Translations under genes and position numbers: made by a program
Notes under the pieces: model-generated
Told to the model about the DNA's origin: nothing
The model's input: only the letters and a program-made list of their open reading frames with translations
Database searches by the model: none
NCBI RefSeq assembly: GCF_001194135.2
Contig: NC_068981.1
Location: forward strand, 77,507,090 to 77,555,927
Length of the DNA: 48,838 nt
Direction: 5' to 3'
Origin: Octopus bimaculoides
Taxonomy: Eukaryota
In this document: one piece after another, positions 1-10,013 of the stretch
Layout of the letters: each line of letters begins with the position of its first letter
Position numbering within the stretch: position 1 is the stretch's first letter

Positions 1-333
1 GACCCCAGGACTTATTCTTTGTAAGCCTAGTTCTTATTCTATCGTCTCTTTCGCCGAACCGCTGAGTTACGGGGACGTAAACACACCAGAATCGGTTGTC
101 AAGCGATGTTGGGGGGACAAACACAGACACGCAAACATATACACACACATACATATATACACATATATACGACAGGCTTCTTTCAGTTTCCGTCTACCAA
201 ATCCACTCACAAGGCTTTGGTCGGCCCGAGGCTATAGTAGAAGACACTTGCCCAAGGTGCCACGCAGTGGGACTGAACCCGGAACCATGTGGTTGGTAAG
301 CAAGCTACTTACCACACAGCCACTCCTACGCCT
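1..333 (-). mobile_element. tRNA-derived SINE, family A (CORE-like), 3' end cut by window edge
   Basis: Minus strand reads GGCGTAGGAGTGGCTGTGTGGTAAG (A box) ... GGGTTCAGTCCC (B box), then GCACCTTGGGCAAGTGTCTTCTACTATAGCC (recalled resemblance to the CORE domain), an internal TA/TG microsatellite and a second conserved block. Homologous segments recur at 7872, 9016, 10014, 24578, 25443 and 43760. Confidence 0.85.
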
Positions 334-571
334 ATGTAAACTTTGTCTACATTATCCATCAAATTGATGATAATTAACAAGTTTTATATGTGTGTGTGCG
401 TGTATGTACATACACACACCAACACACACGCACACAAGTATATGTGTGTGTGTGAGAATGTATGTATGTATATATGTATGGACTCAGATATACATACGAG
501 CGCCGATGTGTGGGAATGTGTGTTTTGTGTATGTACGTATGTGTGCGCACGTGAGTATATGTCGATATGTA

Positions 572-680
572 TATACATACATACATACGTACGTACGTAC
601 GTAAACACATACATACATACATACATACATACATACATACGTACGTACATACATACATACATACATACATACATACATGC
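572..680. repeat. (TACA)n/(TACG)n microsatellite
   Basis: Seen directly. Confidence 0.95.
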
Positions 681-718
681 ATATATTTGTATGTATGAAT
701 GTGTATGTGCGTGAGAGG

Positions 719-720
719 GA

Positions 721-800
<80 letters not shown>

Positions 801-802
801 AA
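719..802. repeat. (GAAA)n microsatellite
   Basis: About 20 perfect units. Confidence 0.97.
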
Positions 803-1249
803 AGAGCGTAATGTTTTTCAAAGTTTTATCGATTGTTTAAGAAGAGAGAAAGCTGAAATATTCACCATCAGTTGATTAACAAACGCTGTTATCTCAATGA
901 TGAAACGGAGGCACAATAATAATTTCTATTGAAAGCAGCAAACTGAAACATCGATATCGATAGGAATTACGAAGGATTGAAAAAAAAGAAGAAAGAAAGT
1001 GATCGCGAAATTTACTGAAAATATTCGTGGATTAACATACTACGCCTTCGTCGAAAGACAGCTGAAGTCAAAATGTAGAAAACAAACCAATTTGTAAAAT
1101 TTGTAAGCAATGATACGGTTTTGCTTACATTTTTACTTCGTTTATTTTATTTTATTTCACATTTTTTTACCACCAAGCGTTTAATGAAAAGTTTTGCTAA
1201 TAATTTCGTTTTCTTAGTCTTTGTGTTGTTTTATAATAGTCTAACATGG

Positions 1250-1545
1250 TTTTAACCCCAGATCAGCCTTCTTCCAATAGATCTGTGATCGAAGGCGTTA
1301 AAGCCTATGCATGATCAAAGCCGTTCCGAACTACGATCAAAGTTATTCAGACCTCTGATCAAAGCCATAATCATCCCATCCTTATTTTTTTAGTTTGCCA
1401 TAATGCATAAAGTGTATCCAGAGATACATTACCCAATCGGTCGTTCTTTTTTAAGACGTTAGGGTGTGTGGTTTCAAGAAGATTTGCTTACTATTTCTTT
1501 AAACGTCGAGTGATTACGTATAGATAATTCCTCATTTGCTTGAGC
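1250..1545 (+). mobile_element. Dispersed repeat family D (unclassified; probable retroposon 3' part)
   Basis: CCCCAGATCAGCC...GATCAAAG...GGGTGTG..GATTTG..GCTATTTCT block recurs, diverged, at 2470, 4383, 8700, 34285 (rc) and 36480 (rc). Strand is arbitrary. Confidence 0.6.
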
Positions 1546-1934
1546 GACCAATTATAGAAACCCTCTTTTTCCTTTTTATCTTCAGCTACTAAATAAAGTT
1601 TCACCAGCTGATGTGTGCAACTAAATAGAGGATCCTTAGTCAGCAACTAATCACATTCTCATTGAACAATTAATTGAAGAGTCGTGAGCAATTAATTGAA
1701 GAGTCCTTCGTTATCTTGAACGTCCGATTAAAAACGCTCTCGTTCGCCTGTGAGATTAATTAAAGACTCAGTCATTAAGCTAAGTAACTAATTAATAACT
1801 TTTCTTCGTTTACTCGAGATATGAATTTCTCCCTTGTCGATTCGTGCGACTAATTATTGACTCCATCACTGATTTCAGGAACTAATCCAAGTCTCCTGCA
1901 TCGAGTCGATTTCCTACACTCTTTTTATATATAT

Positions 1935-2050
1935 GGCGTGACTTAGTGGTTAGGTTGTTGATCTCATGATCGTATGATCGTGGTTTCGATTCCTGGACAA
2001 AACACTTCATTTCACGTTGCTTCAGTCCAGTCAGGTCGCAAAAATTAGTA
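1935..2050 (+). mobile_element. SINE family C, 5' fragment
   Basis: GGCGTGACTTAGTGGTTAGG (A box), GGTTTCGATTCC (B box), then ACACTTCATTTCACGTTGCTTCAGTCC, which is shared with the 44045 copy. Confidence 0.7.
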
Positions 2051-2326
2051 ATCCAGCGACAGATCGGCGTCCAGTCCAGGAAAACCGGAAAACCCATGGA
2101 AACCGGGAAACCGGTTCAATGAGTCTATATGATTCGGAAAGCACCTTTACATTACTTTCCTATATATGGCTAATTAAAACATATTTCAAACAAAAGAACA
2201 TCAAAAATAATTTCGAAATATCATTTTCGATTTGAAATAATGTTGTTATATTTCCTAGCTTCTGCTCTTGTTACTTTTGTGTTGCTGTCAAAGGTTGTTG
2301 TTTTGTTGTTATTCAAATTGTTTCCT

Positions 2327-2405
2327 CTACTACTAATACTACTACTACTACTACTATCACTACTACTACTACTACTACTACTAGTAGTAGTAGTAGTAGT
2401 AGTAG
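2327..2405. repeat. (CTA)n immediately followed by its reverse complement (TAG)n
   Basis: Strand switch at CTAG near 2381-2384; embedded in (TTG)/(GTT)-rich low-complexity DNA. Confidence 0.9.
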
Positions 2406-2469
2406 TTGTTGCTGTTGTCGCTGCTATTGCTTTTGTAGTTGGTGTTTCTGTTGTTGTTACACCTCTCGG

Positions 2470-2660
2470 TGAACTGTGACAGAGCAGGCATATGATTGAA
2501 GATATAACAGCCATGACTCTCATCGTCTTAGAAGTATGCAGAACTACAAAACCTTACGTTTGCTTCTCTTTTATAAGAATGTGTGGTATGATTTGGGGCA
2601 TACTTTGGTTACTGTTTGAAGTGTGAACATCGAACGACCATTTAGTGATTCCTTAGTTGG
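2470..2660 (+). mobile_element. Dispersed repeat family D, degenerate copy
   Basis: GAGCAGGCATATGATTGAAG...CAGCCATGAC...GTGTGGTATGATTTGGGG...GAACGACCA aligns by eye with 1250-1545. Confidence 0.5.
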
Positions 2661-2763
2661 GTTGTTGGTACTATAGAAGGGAGACTTTAATAAATATTTT
2701 TATTTAAGTAGTTAACGTGTTGAAACCTGACATATTATGAATATTGCACTTTTGGAATATATT

Positions 2764-2977
2764 GGTTTCAAATGTTGGCGCAAGGCCAGCAATTTCGAGG
2801 GAATGGGTTAAGTCGATTACTTCAGCCCTAGTGTTCAACTAATTCTTATTTTATCGACCCCGAAAGGATAAAAGGTAAAGTAGACCTCAACGGAATTTGA
2901 ACTCAGAGCATAAAGACAGGCGAAATACCGCTAAGCATATTGCCCAGCGTGCTAAAGATTCTGCCAGCTCACTGCCC
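2764..2977 (-). mobile_element. tRNA-derived SINE, family B (Meta-like domain), tail type Y
   Basis: Minus strand: CTGGCAGAATCTTTAGCACGCTGGGC head, GAGTTCAAATTCC B box, CCTTTTATCCTTTCGGGGTCGATAAAATAAG central block, tail AAATTGCTGGCCTTGCGCCAACATTTGAAACC. Copies at 4595, 23305, 31812, 41490 and 45805. Confidence 0.85.
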
Positions 2978-3129
2978 GACTTTTGGAATATATTAGGTAC
3001 TGATTTTTAAGTGTTATACTGCATAGCATTGTATAGAATATAGTGAGACGTAGTGTAGTACAGTAACAAAGTAACAATTAATCCTTTAATGATACTCTAC
3101 AATGCACAGGGGAGAACCATAATAGAGTG

Positions 3130-3700
3130 TTGCTCTCTCATCATCAAAATAATACTGCACATACAGACATCCAGTGCTGCAACAATAAAAGGGTCACCCG
3201 ACGGATTAGCATATAGTCACTCGCGAACATGTCCCAACATCTAGCCTGTCGGTGCGCTGTCTCGTCTCTTTAACCTTTCTACCTTTACTATAATGGTCTC
3301 TACTCCTTGGTGTTCGATGAGTATATACCACCTCAGACATTCCTGGCCAACTCATCTCTCCTCTTTTCATCGACCTTGTTGTCGTCACCTACTTAGGCTC
3401 CACATTAATCACGACACCAAATCCTTCCTTCCCAGGATATTCACTCACTGGAATTTTCTTTCTTGCTTATAGTGTTCATGCTGTGGTTGAATTACAAAAG
3501 GCCGAGAGGAAAATTTAAAGCATCAGTCCTGCCGTAGGAACTGTAAAAGCTATGGGTGCTCCATTTCTTCCAGGTCTTGCAACTAAAAATAAAACAACAT
3601 TCTTGTTTAGGGAATTCGTAAGAGCAGAGTACAAGACACGGCCTTGCATCTCTATGTTTTCCAATCATTAACGAAACTCATGTTTTCAATAATCTTCCTC
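3130..3700 (-). pseudogene. Highly decayed RTE-like LINE ORF C-terminus
   Basis: Manual minus-strand translation gives fragments GRVLYSAL, SCKTW (cf. GCETW) and VGQECLRWY...KVERLKRRDSAPTG (cf. RLRWYGHV..VEG.R.RGRP.. of RTE RT tails), broken by stops and frameshifts. Confidence 0.45.
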
Positions 3701-4382
3701 TAAATTGACTCTTTGATGTTACTCAGCTACTTGCTTCTTCTTTTCCTCTTCCTCTTTGACCGAGGATTTGTCACCGCATGACAATATTCGGTAGAGGTAG
3801 GATCATGGTAACGTGTTATACATAACCGCACCTCCTCAGTTTCTCCTTTTATTATTTTTCTTTTTTAAACTAACAGAAGTTCCATGATTTGCAACCTTCC
3901 CCTAAAATTCCTTCCTAACATTCGCTAGCTTAATGTTCTGTACATGGAATTCGATTCGAAGCATTCTGTTTCAAAAGTTATTATTTTGTTTGCTTTCTTT
4001 TTCACTACCAGCATCTGACGCCCATAATTCGTACTCATGGAGTGCAATTGAAATTACTATTGATTTGATAAAAAATATTATTATTTATTTATTTATTTAT
4101 TTATTTATTGTTATATTTTTTCCCAAAAGGGTCAATTTTGCTAAAATTGCTGAAGCTTCTACAATCCGTTATTTTGGTTGATTTACTTTTTAGTTTTATC
4201 TCTCATCTCCCGTTATTGTACTTTCAAAATATTTTAATTTATCAGTAATCTAGTATAGTGTAGTGGTGTAGAATCAAGCTGTTGCCGTTATTAATGTTTG
4301 AAAATGAAGAAATTAATGCGGGCGAGTATAGATGTAGTCGTCGTTGCTGTGGCTGTTGTTATTGCTATTGTTAATGTTATTG

Positions 4383-4530
4383 TTTAGCCCCCAGATCATC
4401 TCTGAACAAGCAAAACTAAGATCAAAAGCGTTCCGGTTGTAACCATCACATCATTTATTTTTCACATGTAATAGCTATCGCAATATATCATCTAATGTGT
4501 CATTATAGTTTTAGTAGGAGGTGGTGAGTT
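4383..4530 (+). mobile_element. Dispersed repeat family D fragment
   Basis: TTAGCCCCCAGATCATCTCTGAACAAGCAAAACTAAGATCAAAAGCGTTCCGG matches the start of the 1250 copy. Confidence 0.55.
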
Positions 4531-4594
4531 GAAAAATTTTTAGAGCATTGAAAAAAAAATGTTTTCTGGTATTTTGTTTGACTGATTACGTCCT

Positions 4595-4735
4595 GAGTTC
4601 ATAAATCCGCAGAGGTCAGCATTGCTTTTCGTCCTACCGGGTCGATACAATAAATACCAGTCAAGTACTGGGATCAATGTAATCGGCTTTAACCTCCCCT
4701 CAAAATTGTTGCCATTATGCCGAAATGAGAAGGAA
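4595..4735 (+). mobile_element. SINE family B, 5'-truncated
   Basis: GAGTTCATAAATCCGCAGAGGTCAGC...CGGGTCGATACAATAAATACCAGTCAAGTACTGGGATCAATGTAATCG and a Y-type tail. Confidence 0.75.
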
Positions 4736-5329
4736 TTATATAATCTATAAGCATTATAAAGTGTGGCTGTTGTTTCTAACTGTTCTTTCAACCACATAGT
4801 CTCTCCATCGTCGGCTTGGAGTGCCGCTGTTGCCTCGTTTACTTTGTATACTTGTATATCAATATATGGGTATATTGTTTAAGCATAATATATCACTATG
4901 CAAAATACGCGAACGCTGTTTAGAATTGATGTCAGATAAAATAGAATGGGGATAGAAACTATTGATTACCCAATACTATTCTGGTTGTTGTTGCTGTTGT
5001 TACTGCTGCTGCTGTTTGTTGCTGCTGCTGTTGTTGTTGTTGTTGTTGTTTTCGTCCTGCTACTTCTTTTGTATTTGGTGAGGCATATTCGGTTTAGTTA
5101 TTTCAGTTTGTGTTTTAAGCATACGGCTACGGTACAGGAAGTTTGGTTTAATCAATTTTTCTATAATCTTCCTTCTTATCAAACCGTGCTCTTTCTTCAC
5201 TTTGAAGAAACATCTGTTGAAACCAGAGCCATTATCAATACACACACATATATACATATATTTAAATAAATAAAAACACACAGAGACAAATGCATATACA
5301 TATATGTATATATTTGTGTGTAAATATAT

Positions 5330-5360
<31 letters not shown>

Positions 5361-5904
5361 NNNNNNNNNNNNNNNNNNNNNNNNNNNNNNNNNNNNNNNN
5401 NNNNNNNNNNNNNNNNNNNNNNNNNNNNNNNNNNNNNNNNNNNNNNNNNNNNNNNNNNNNNNNNNNNNNNNNNNNNNNNNNNNNNNNNNNNNNNNNNNNN
5501 NNNNNNNNNNNNNNNNNNNNNNNNNNNNNNNNNNNNNNNNNNNNNNNNNNNNNNNNNNNNNNNNNNNNNNNNNNNNNNNNNNNNNNNNNNNNNNNNNNNN
5601 NNNNNNNNNNNNNNNNNNNNNNNNNNNNNNNNNNNNNNNNNNNNNNNNNNNNNNNNNNNNNNNNNNNNNNNNNNNNNNNNNNNNNNNNNNNNNNNNNNNN
5701 NNNNNNNNNNNNNNNNNNNNNNNNNNNNNNNNNNNNNNNNNNNNNNNNNNNNNNNNNNNNNNNNNNNNNNNNNNNNNNNNNNNNNNNNNNNNNNNNNNNN
5801 NNNNNNNNNNNNNNNNNNNNNNNNNNNNNNNNNNNNNNNNNNNNNNNNNNNNNNNNNNNNNNNNNNNNNNNNNNNNNNNNNNNNNNNNNNNNNNNNNNNN
5901 NNNN

Positions 5905-5935
<31 letters not shown>

Positions 5936-6580
5936 ATATGTATCAGGTATGTTTTATATGATATGCTAACTGAATTTATGTGAACAATCATAGCGATATT
6001 TTGAATTATTTCTTGAAAACGAAACATATATAAAACTAAACATTTTATTAAATATTATATACTTCAGTGCGATTATTTGGATTTGTATCGATAATTCTGA
6101 TATATTTTTTCTCTTCAAATAACGACTTCAGAAAATAGATGCTCACATACGTCAATTATGTTAGCGTTTTAACTAAACGCTTCCTAATTCAATAATTTTA
6201 CGAAGAACTTTTCATTCTTAATTCCGAATCTTTATGCATCTGGTAAACTATATGATAATTCAATAATAATTTTAATTCTAAAGAATTTCAATTAATTTGT
6301 TAATAGATAAGATAATCAATTGAAATAGTTATACGTATGTATTTACACTATTGTTGCACGTAGTATAGTTTCATAACACCGACATAACACCCCAAACTGT
6401 ATGCGCGTAACAACTTCACCTTCGAATATTTGAATATATCTAAATGTGCGTGTGTATAGGTGTGGGGGTGGTAGTGAATGTTTGTGTGAGCTTGTGTGTG
6501 CGTGTGTGTGTATGTGTGTGTATAAAATATCTATAACACATATGTGTATTTATGCATATAACTATGTCCGTATACACGTG

Positions 6581-6619
<39 letters not shown>

Positions 6620-7178
6620 GTATATATATGTGTGTGTGTGTGCGTGTGTGTGTGTGTGTTTTGTGTGTATGTATGCATGTATGTATGTAAATATATTTAT
6701 GTGGCGGGGATTCACGCCACATGCAGATATAATTATCTACATACTTTTGCTTGTATGTCTGCGCGCATGTGTGTATATGTTTGTGTAGGTGCGTGCGATG
6801 ATGCGTTTGCGTTTGTGCGCGCATGTAAGTGTGTGTATGGACGTGTGCGTGTGAGTGTCACTGCGGGTGCGCGTGCGTGTGTTCATTTCTCCCCGTCAGC
6901 GTTAGAATTTAGGCCTTAACTATATGTAATTACGAACTAAAGTTTGGGAAATTCTAACAATTCTTCACGGATTTTGCTTTGAGATCGAATTAGCAGAAAC
7001 GTGCCAGATAGACATTTTTTTGTGCTTGAACACCCCAAATTTTCAAAATTATTCTCAAACCTATTGATGTGAGTATATGAGCATGTGTATGTATGTTCGT
7101 ACATATGTGTGTGAGTGTTATATATGTGATGCGCAAATGCACATGTGTGTGTGTGTATATATATATATATGTGTGTGT

Positions 7179-7213
<35 letters not shown>

Positions 7214-7285
7214 CATGCACACACATACACACATATACACTCAAACACACACATATGTGTGTGTGTATGTGTGTGTGTGTGTGTA

Positions 7286-7612
7286 TCTTTTATCCTTTTT
7301 CGTTTATGGGTTTCAGCCAGAAGCTGGGGCCATCCTGGTGCACCGCCTTTACTGCATCTGGGAATTTTTCCAGTATTGCTTCTGGTGAAGTATCGAGTTG
7401 GACGTTGCCGATCTTCTTTGTATTTCCTGCCGTGATGTGCGTTCTTCCGGAATTGCAGATAAAAAACTGTCTAGACGTTTTTTGAAGACCTCCATGTCTA
7501 CACCTTGCAGATCCCTAATGTTCTATAATAGGGTATTAAAAAGTTATGGTCCCTTTAATCCCAAGCTATTCAATATTGGGTTCGTATCCTCGATGGAGAA
7601 GATGATACCTTG
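7286..7612 (-). pseudogene. 3' end of a LINE (CR1/L2-group-like RT C-terminus plus 3' tail)
   Basis: Minus-strand translation NSLGLKGP*LFNTLL*NIRDLQGVDMEVFKKRLDSFLSAIPEERTSRQEIQRRSATSNSILHQ resembles the end of APE-type LINE RT ORFs. It is followed by GGCGGTGCACCAGGATGGCCCCAG...GGATAAAAGA and a microsatellite. Confidence 0.75.
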
Positions 7613-7871
7613 TTTATTTGTTTACTAAAAGGGCAATGATAACAATATACAAACACATGTGACATATTATGTCATATCAATAATTAAAAAAAATTACATA
7701 TAGTGACAGTCACTATATGGCATTTCTTTAGTTGCTGATATGACATAACATGGCACATGTGTTTGTATATTGTTATTATTGTCCTTTTAGTAAACAAGTA
7801 AATTGACACAATACAATGTCTGCAAGTTGATGAATACCACCTATTCTCCTCCATTTTCTTATTGCTATATA

Positions 7872-8073
7872 TATGTGTTTGTCCCCCTACTATCGCTTGA
7901 CAACCGATGCTGGTGTATTTACGTCCCCGTAACTTAGCGGTTCGGCAAAAAGACACCGAAAGAATAAGTACTAGGCTTACAAAGCATAAGTCATGAGGTC
8001 GATTTTCTCGCCTAAAAGCGGTGCTCCAGCATGGCCGCAGTCAAATGACTGAAACAAGTAAAAGAGTAAAAGA

Positions 8074-8074
<1 letters not shown>
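7872..8074 (+). mobile_element. SINE family A, 3' half
   Basis: TTGACAACCGATGCTGGTGTATTTACGTCCCCGTAACTTAGCGGTTCGGC...GCGGTGCTCCAGCATGGCCGCAGTCAAATGACTGAAACAAGTAAAAGAG, then (TA)n. Confidence 0.85.
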
Positions 8075-8123
<49 letters not shown>

Positions 8124-8342
8124 NNNNNNNNNNNNNNNNNNNNNNNNNNNNNNNNNNNNNNNNNNNNNNNNNNNNNNNNNNNNNNNNNNNNNNNNNNNNN
8201 NNNNNNNNNNNNNNNNNNNNNNNNNNNNNNNNNNNNNNNNNNNNNNNNNNNNNNNNNNNNNNNNNNNNNNNNNNNNNNNNNNNNNNNNNNNNNNNNNNNN
8301 NNTATATATATATATATATATACATATATAGACAGAAAGACA

Positions 8343-8412
<70 letters not shown>

Positions 8413-8914
8413 GTATATGTACATACATACAAACTTAAGTGTACATGTGTATGCACGCGTGCACGTGTGTACGAGTGTGTTGGCGTGAAAAGTTTGTTTA
8501 CCGCACAGCTCAAAGCGAATCAGAAGAGCTAATATAAATTTAAATAATTCATTTATTACAAAACCTTCGCAGGAATATTGAATTTTACGTTATTCATTCT
8601 TTCTGTTTCCGATGTGTGATAAAAACAAAAGTGGGAGAGAAGTTTTCTTATGAACCGTTTCTAAATTGCTTCACCCTGTCATACGTGCTTGCGAGTGACA
8701 TCTAGGATTAAAGTGATCTTGACTGATATCAAAGGAAATTTAGCTGCTATTTCTAGCAGTTCCAGTGACCACTTAGATCAGTGGTTCTCAACCGGGGTCC
8801 ATATGGCCCTTGTGATTCCATCATAACATTTCGTTTATAAAGTTTATTTGCAATGAATTGGTTATATTTCGACAATACACAAAGTATTTTAACAATTCGT
8901 CAACTGAAAAAGTG

Positions 8915-8989
8915 GCCCTGACCGTATAGTGGTTAGAATACCCCCACGTTGTGGTCGTGGTACTCCAAATTTGAATTCTTGTCACGGTA
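8915..8989 (+). pseudogene. tRNA-His(GTG) pseudogene
   Basis: GCCCTGACCGTATAGTGGTTAG...CCACG-TTGTGGT-CGTGG...TTTGAAT...GTCACGGTA closely follows eukaryotic tRNA-His (GCCGTGATCGTATAGTGGTTAG...GTCACGGCA). The anticodon stem is perfectly paired with GTG at 8951-8953; the T-arm and B box are damaged. Confidence 0.75.
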
Positions 8990-9015
8990 GTCTAGCATTT
9001 TAAGGTTAATTTTTA

Positions 9016-9372
9016 GGCGTAGGTGTGATTGTTCTGTAAGAAGCTTGCTTTCCAACAACATAGCTCCAGGTTCAGTCCCATTGCGTGGAGGCTTGGGCAA
9101 AGCATTGCAAGTGTATTTGGTAGACAAAAACTGAAAGAAACCTCTAGTATTTGTGCGTGTGTCTGTGTTTATACCCACCACCACCACCGCTTGACAACCG
9201 GTGTTGGTGTGTTTACGTCTGCGTAACATAGAGATTCGGCAAATGAGTCGATAGAATAAGTACCAAGCTTTTAAAAAAATTACTATGATCGATTCATTCG
9301 ACTAAAATTCTTAAAGGTGGTGCTCCAGCATGGCCTCAGTCAGATGACCGAAAGAAGTTAAAGATAAAAGAA
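9016..9372 (+). mobile_element. SINE family A, near full length, nested in hAT MITE
   Basis: Head GGCGTAGGTGTGATTGTT..GGTTCAGTCCC, body TTGACAACCGGTGTTGGTGTGTTTACGTC, tail GGTGGTGCTCCAGCATGGCCTCAGTC..AAAGATAAAAG. Confidence 0.85.
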
Positions 9373-9613
9373 ATTCTTAATAATATTAAGATTATAAAAA
9401 ATATAATACGGTTTTTTACACATCGAATGTCCATGGGGAGCGGGGTCCACCGAAGTAAAATAGGAATCAAAGAGATTCACAGGTAAGAAATGGTTTAGAA
9501 CCACTGACATAGACGTTGCTTTCTTGGCCCGTCTCTTATTAGTAAATTAGAGCTGGAGGGACAATACTCATAACCATTGCCGGCCCTACATTGCTGAAAG
9601 GATCTATGTAGAC

Positions 9614-9916
9614 CAGTGCTTCTCAAACTATATGATGTGGCGTACCGGCAGTTTTTTTTCTCCCATGTGCCAGGGACCGTTAATATTTCTTAGTAATATT
9701 TCCGGTATAAATATTTCTTAATTTATACCGGAAACAATATATATGATGTATATAATAAAACTGACAATTTTTTTTATCTTATATTTATTTTGTAAACAAA
9801 TAATACAATATTACATAAGCGTTTTATGTTTCTTTCTTTTCTGATAACTCGCCGCTTACCGGCAACTGATGGCTCGCGAACCGGCACCGGTCCGCAGACC
9901 ACTTTGAGTAGCCCTG
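9614..9916. mobile_element. hAT MITE, 303 bp
   Basis: TIRs CAGTGCTTCTCAAACT vs rc CAGGGCTACTCAAAGT (13/16); perfect 8-bp TSD ATGTAGAC at 9606-9613 and 9917-9924. Confidence 0.88.
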
Positions 9917-10013
9917 ATGTAGACGATACTCAGTTTGAATATCTAGTTGGTGGATGTCTTCAAGGAAAATATGAATGGTAGGGGTGGAGAGTTTTTTACG
10001 TGATGAAATGCTT

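Larger units (their letters stand above)
8779..9506. mobile_element. hAT (Charlie-like) MITE with nested tRNA pseudogene and SINE
   Basis: TIRs CAGTGGTTCTCAACC / GGTTTAGAACCACTG (14/15). The 8-bp flanks ACTTAGAT / ACATAGAC (6/8, central TA) are typical hAT TSDs. Inserted into a family-D repeat that continues on both sides. Confidence 0.8.
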
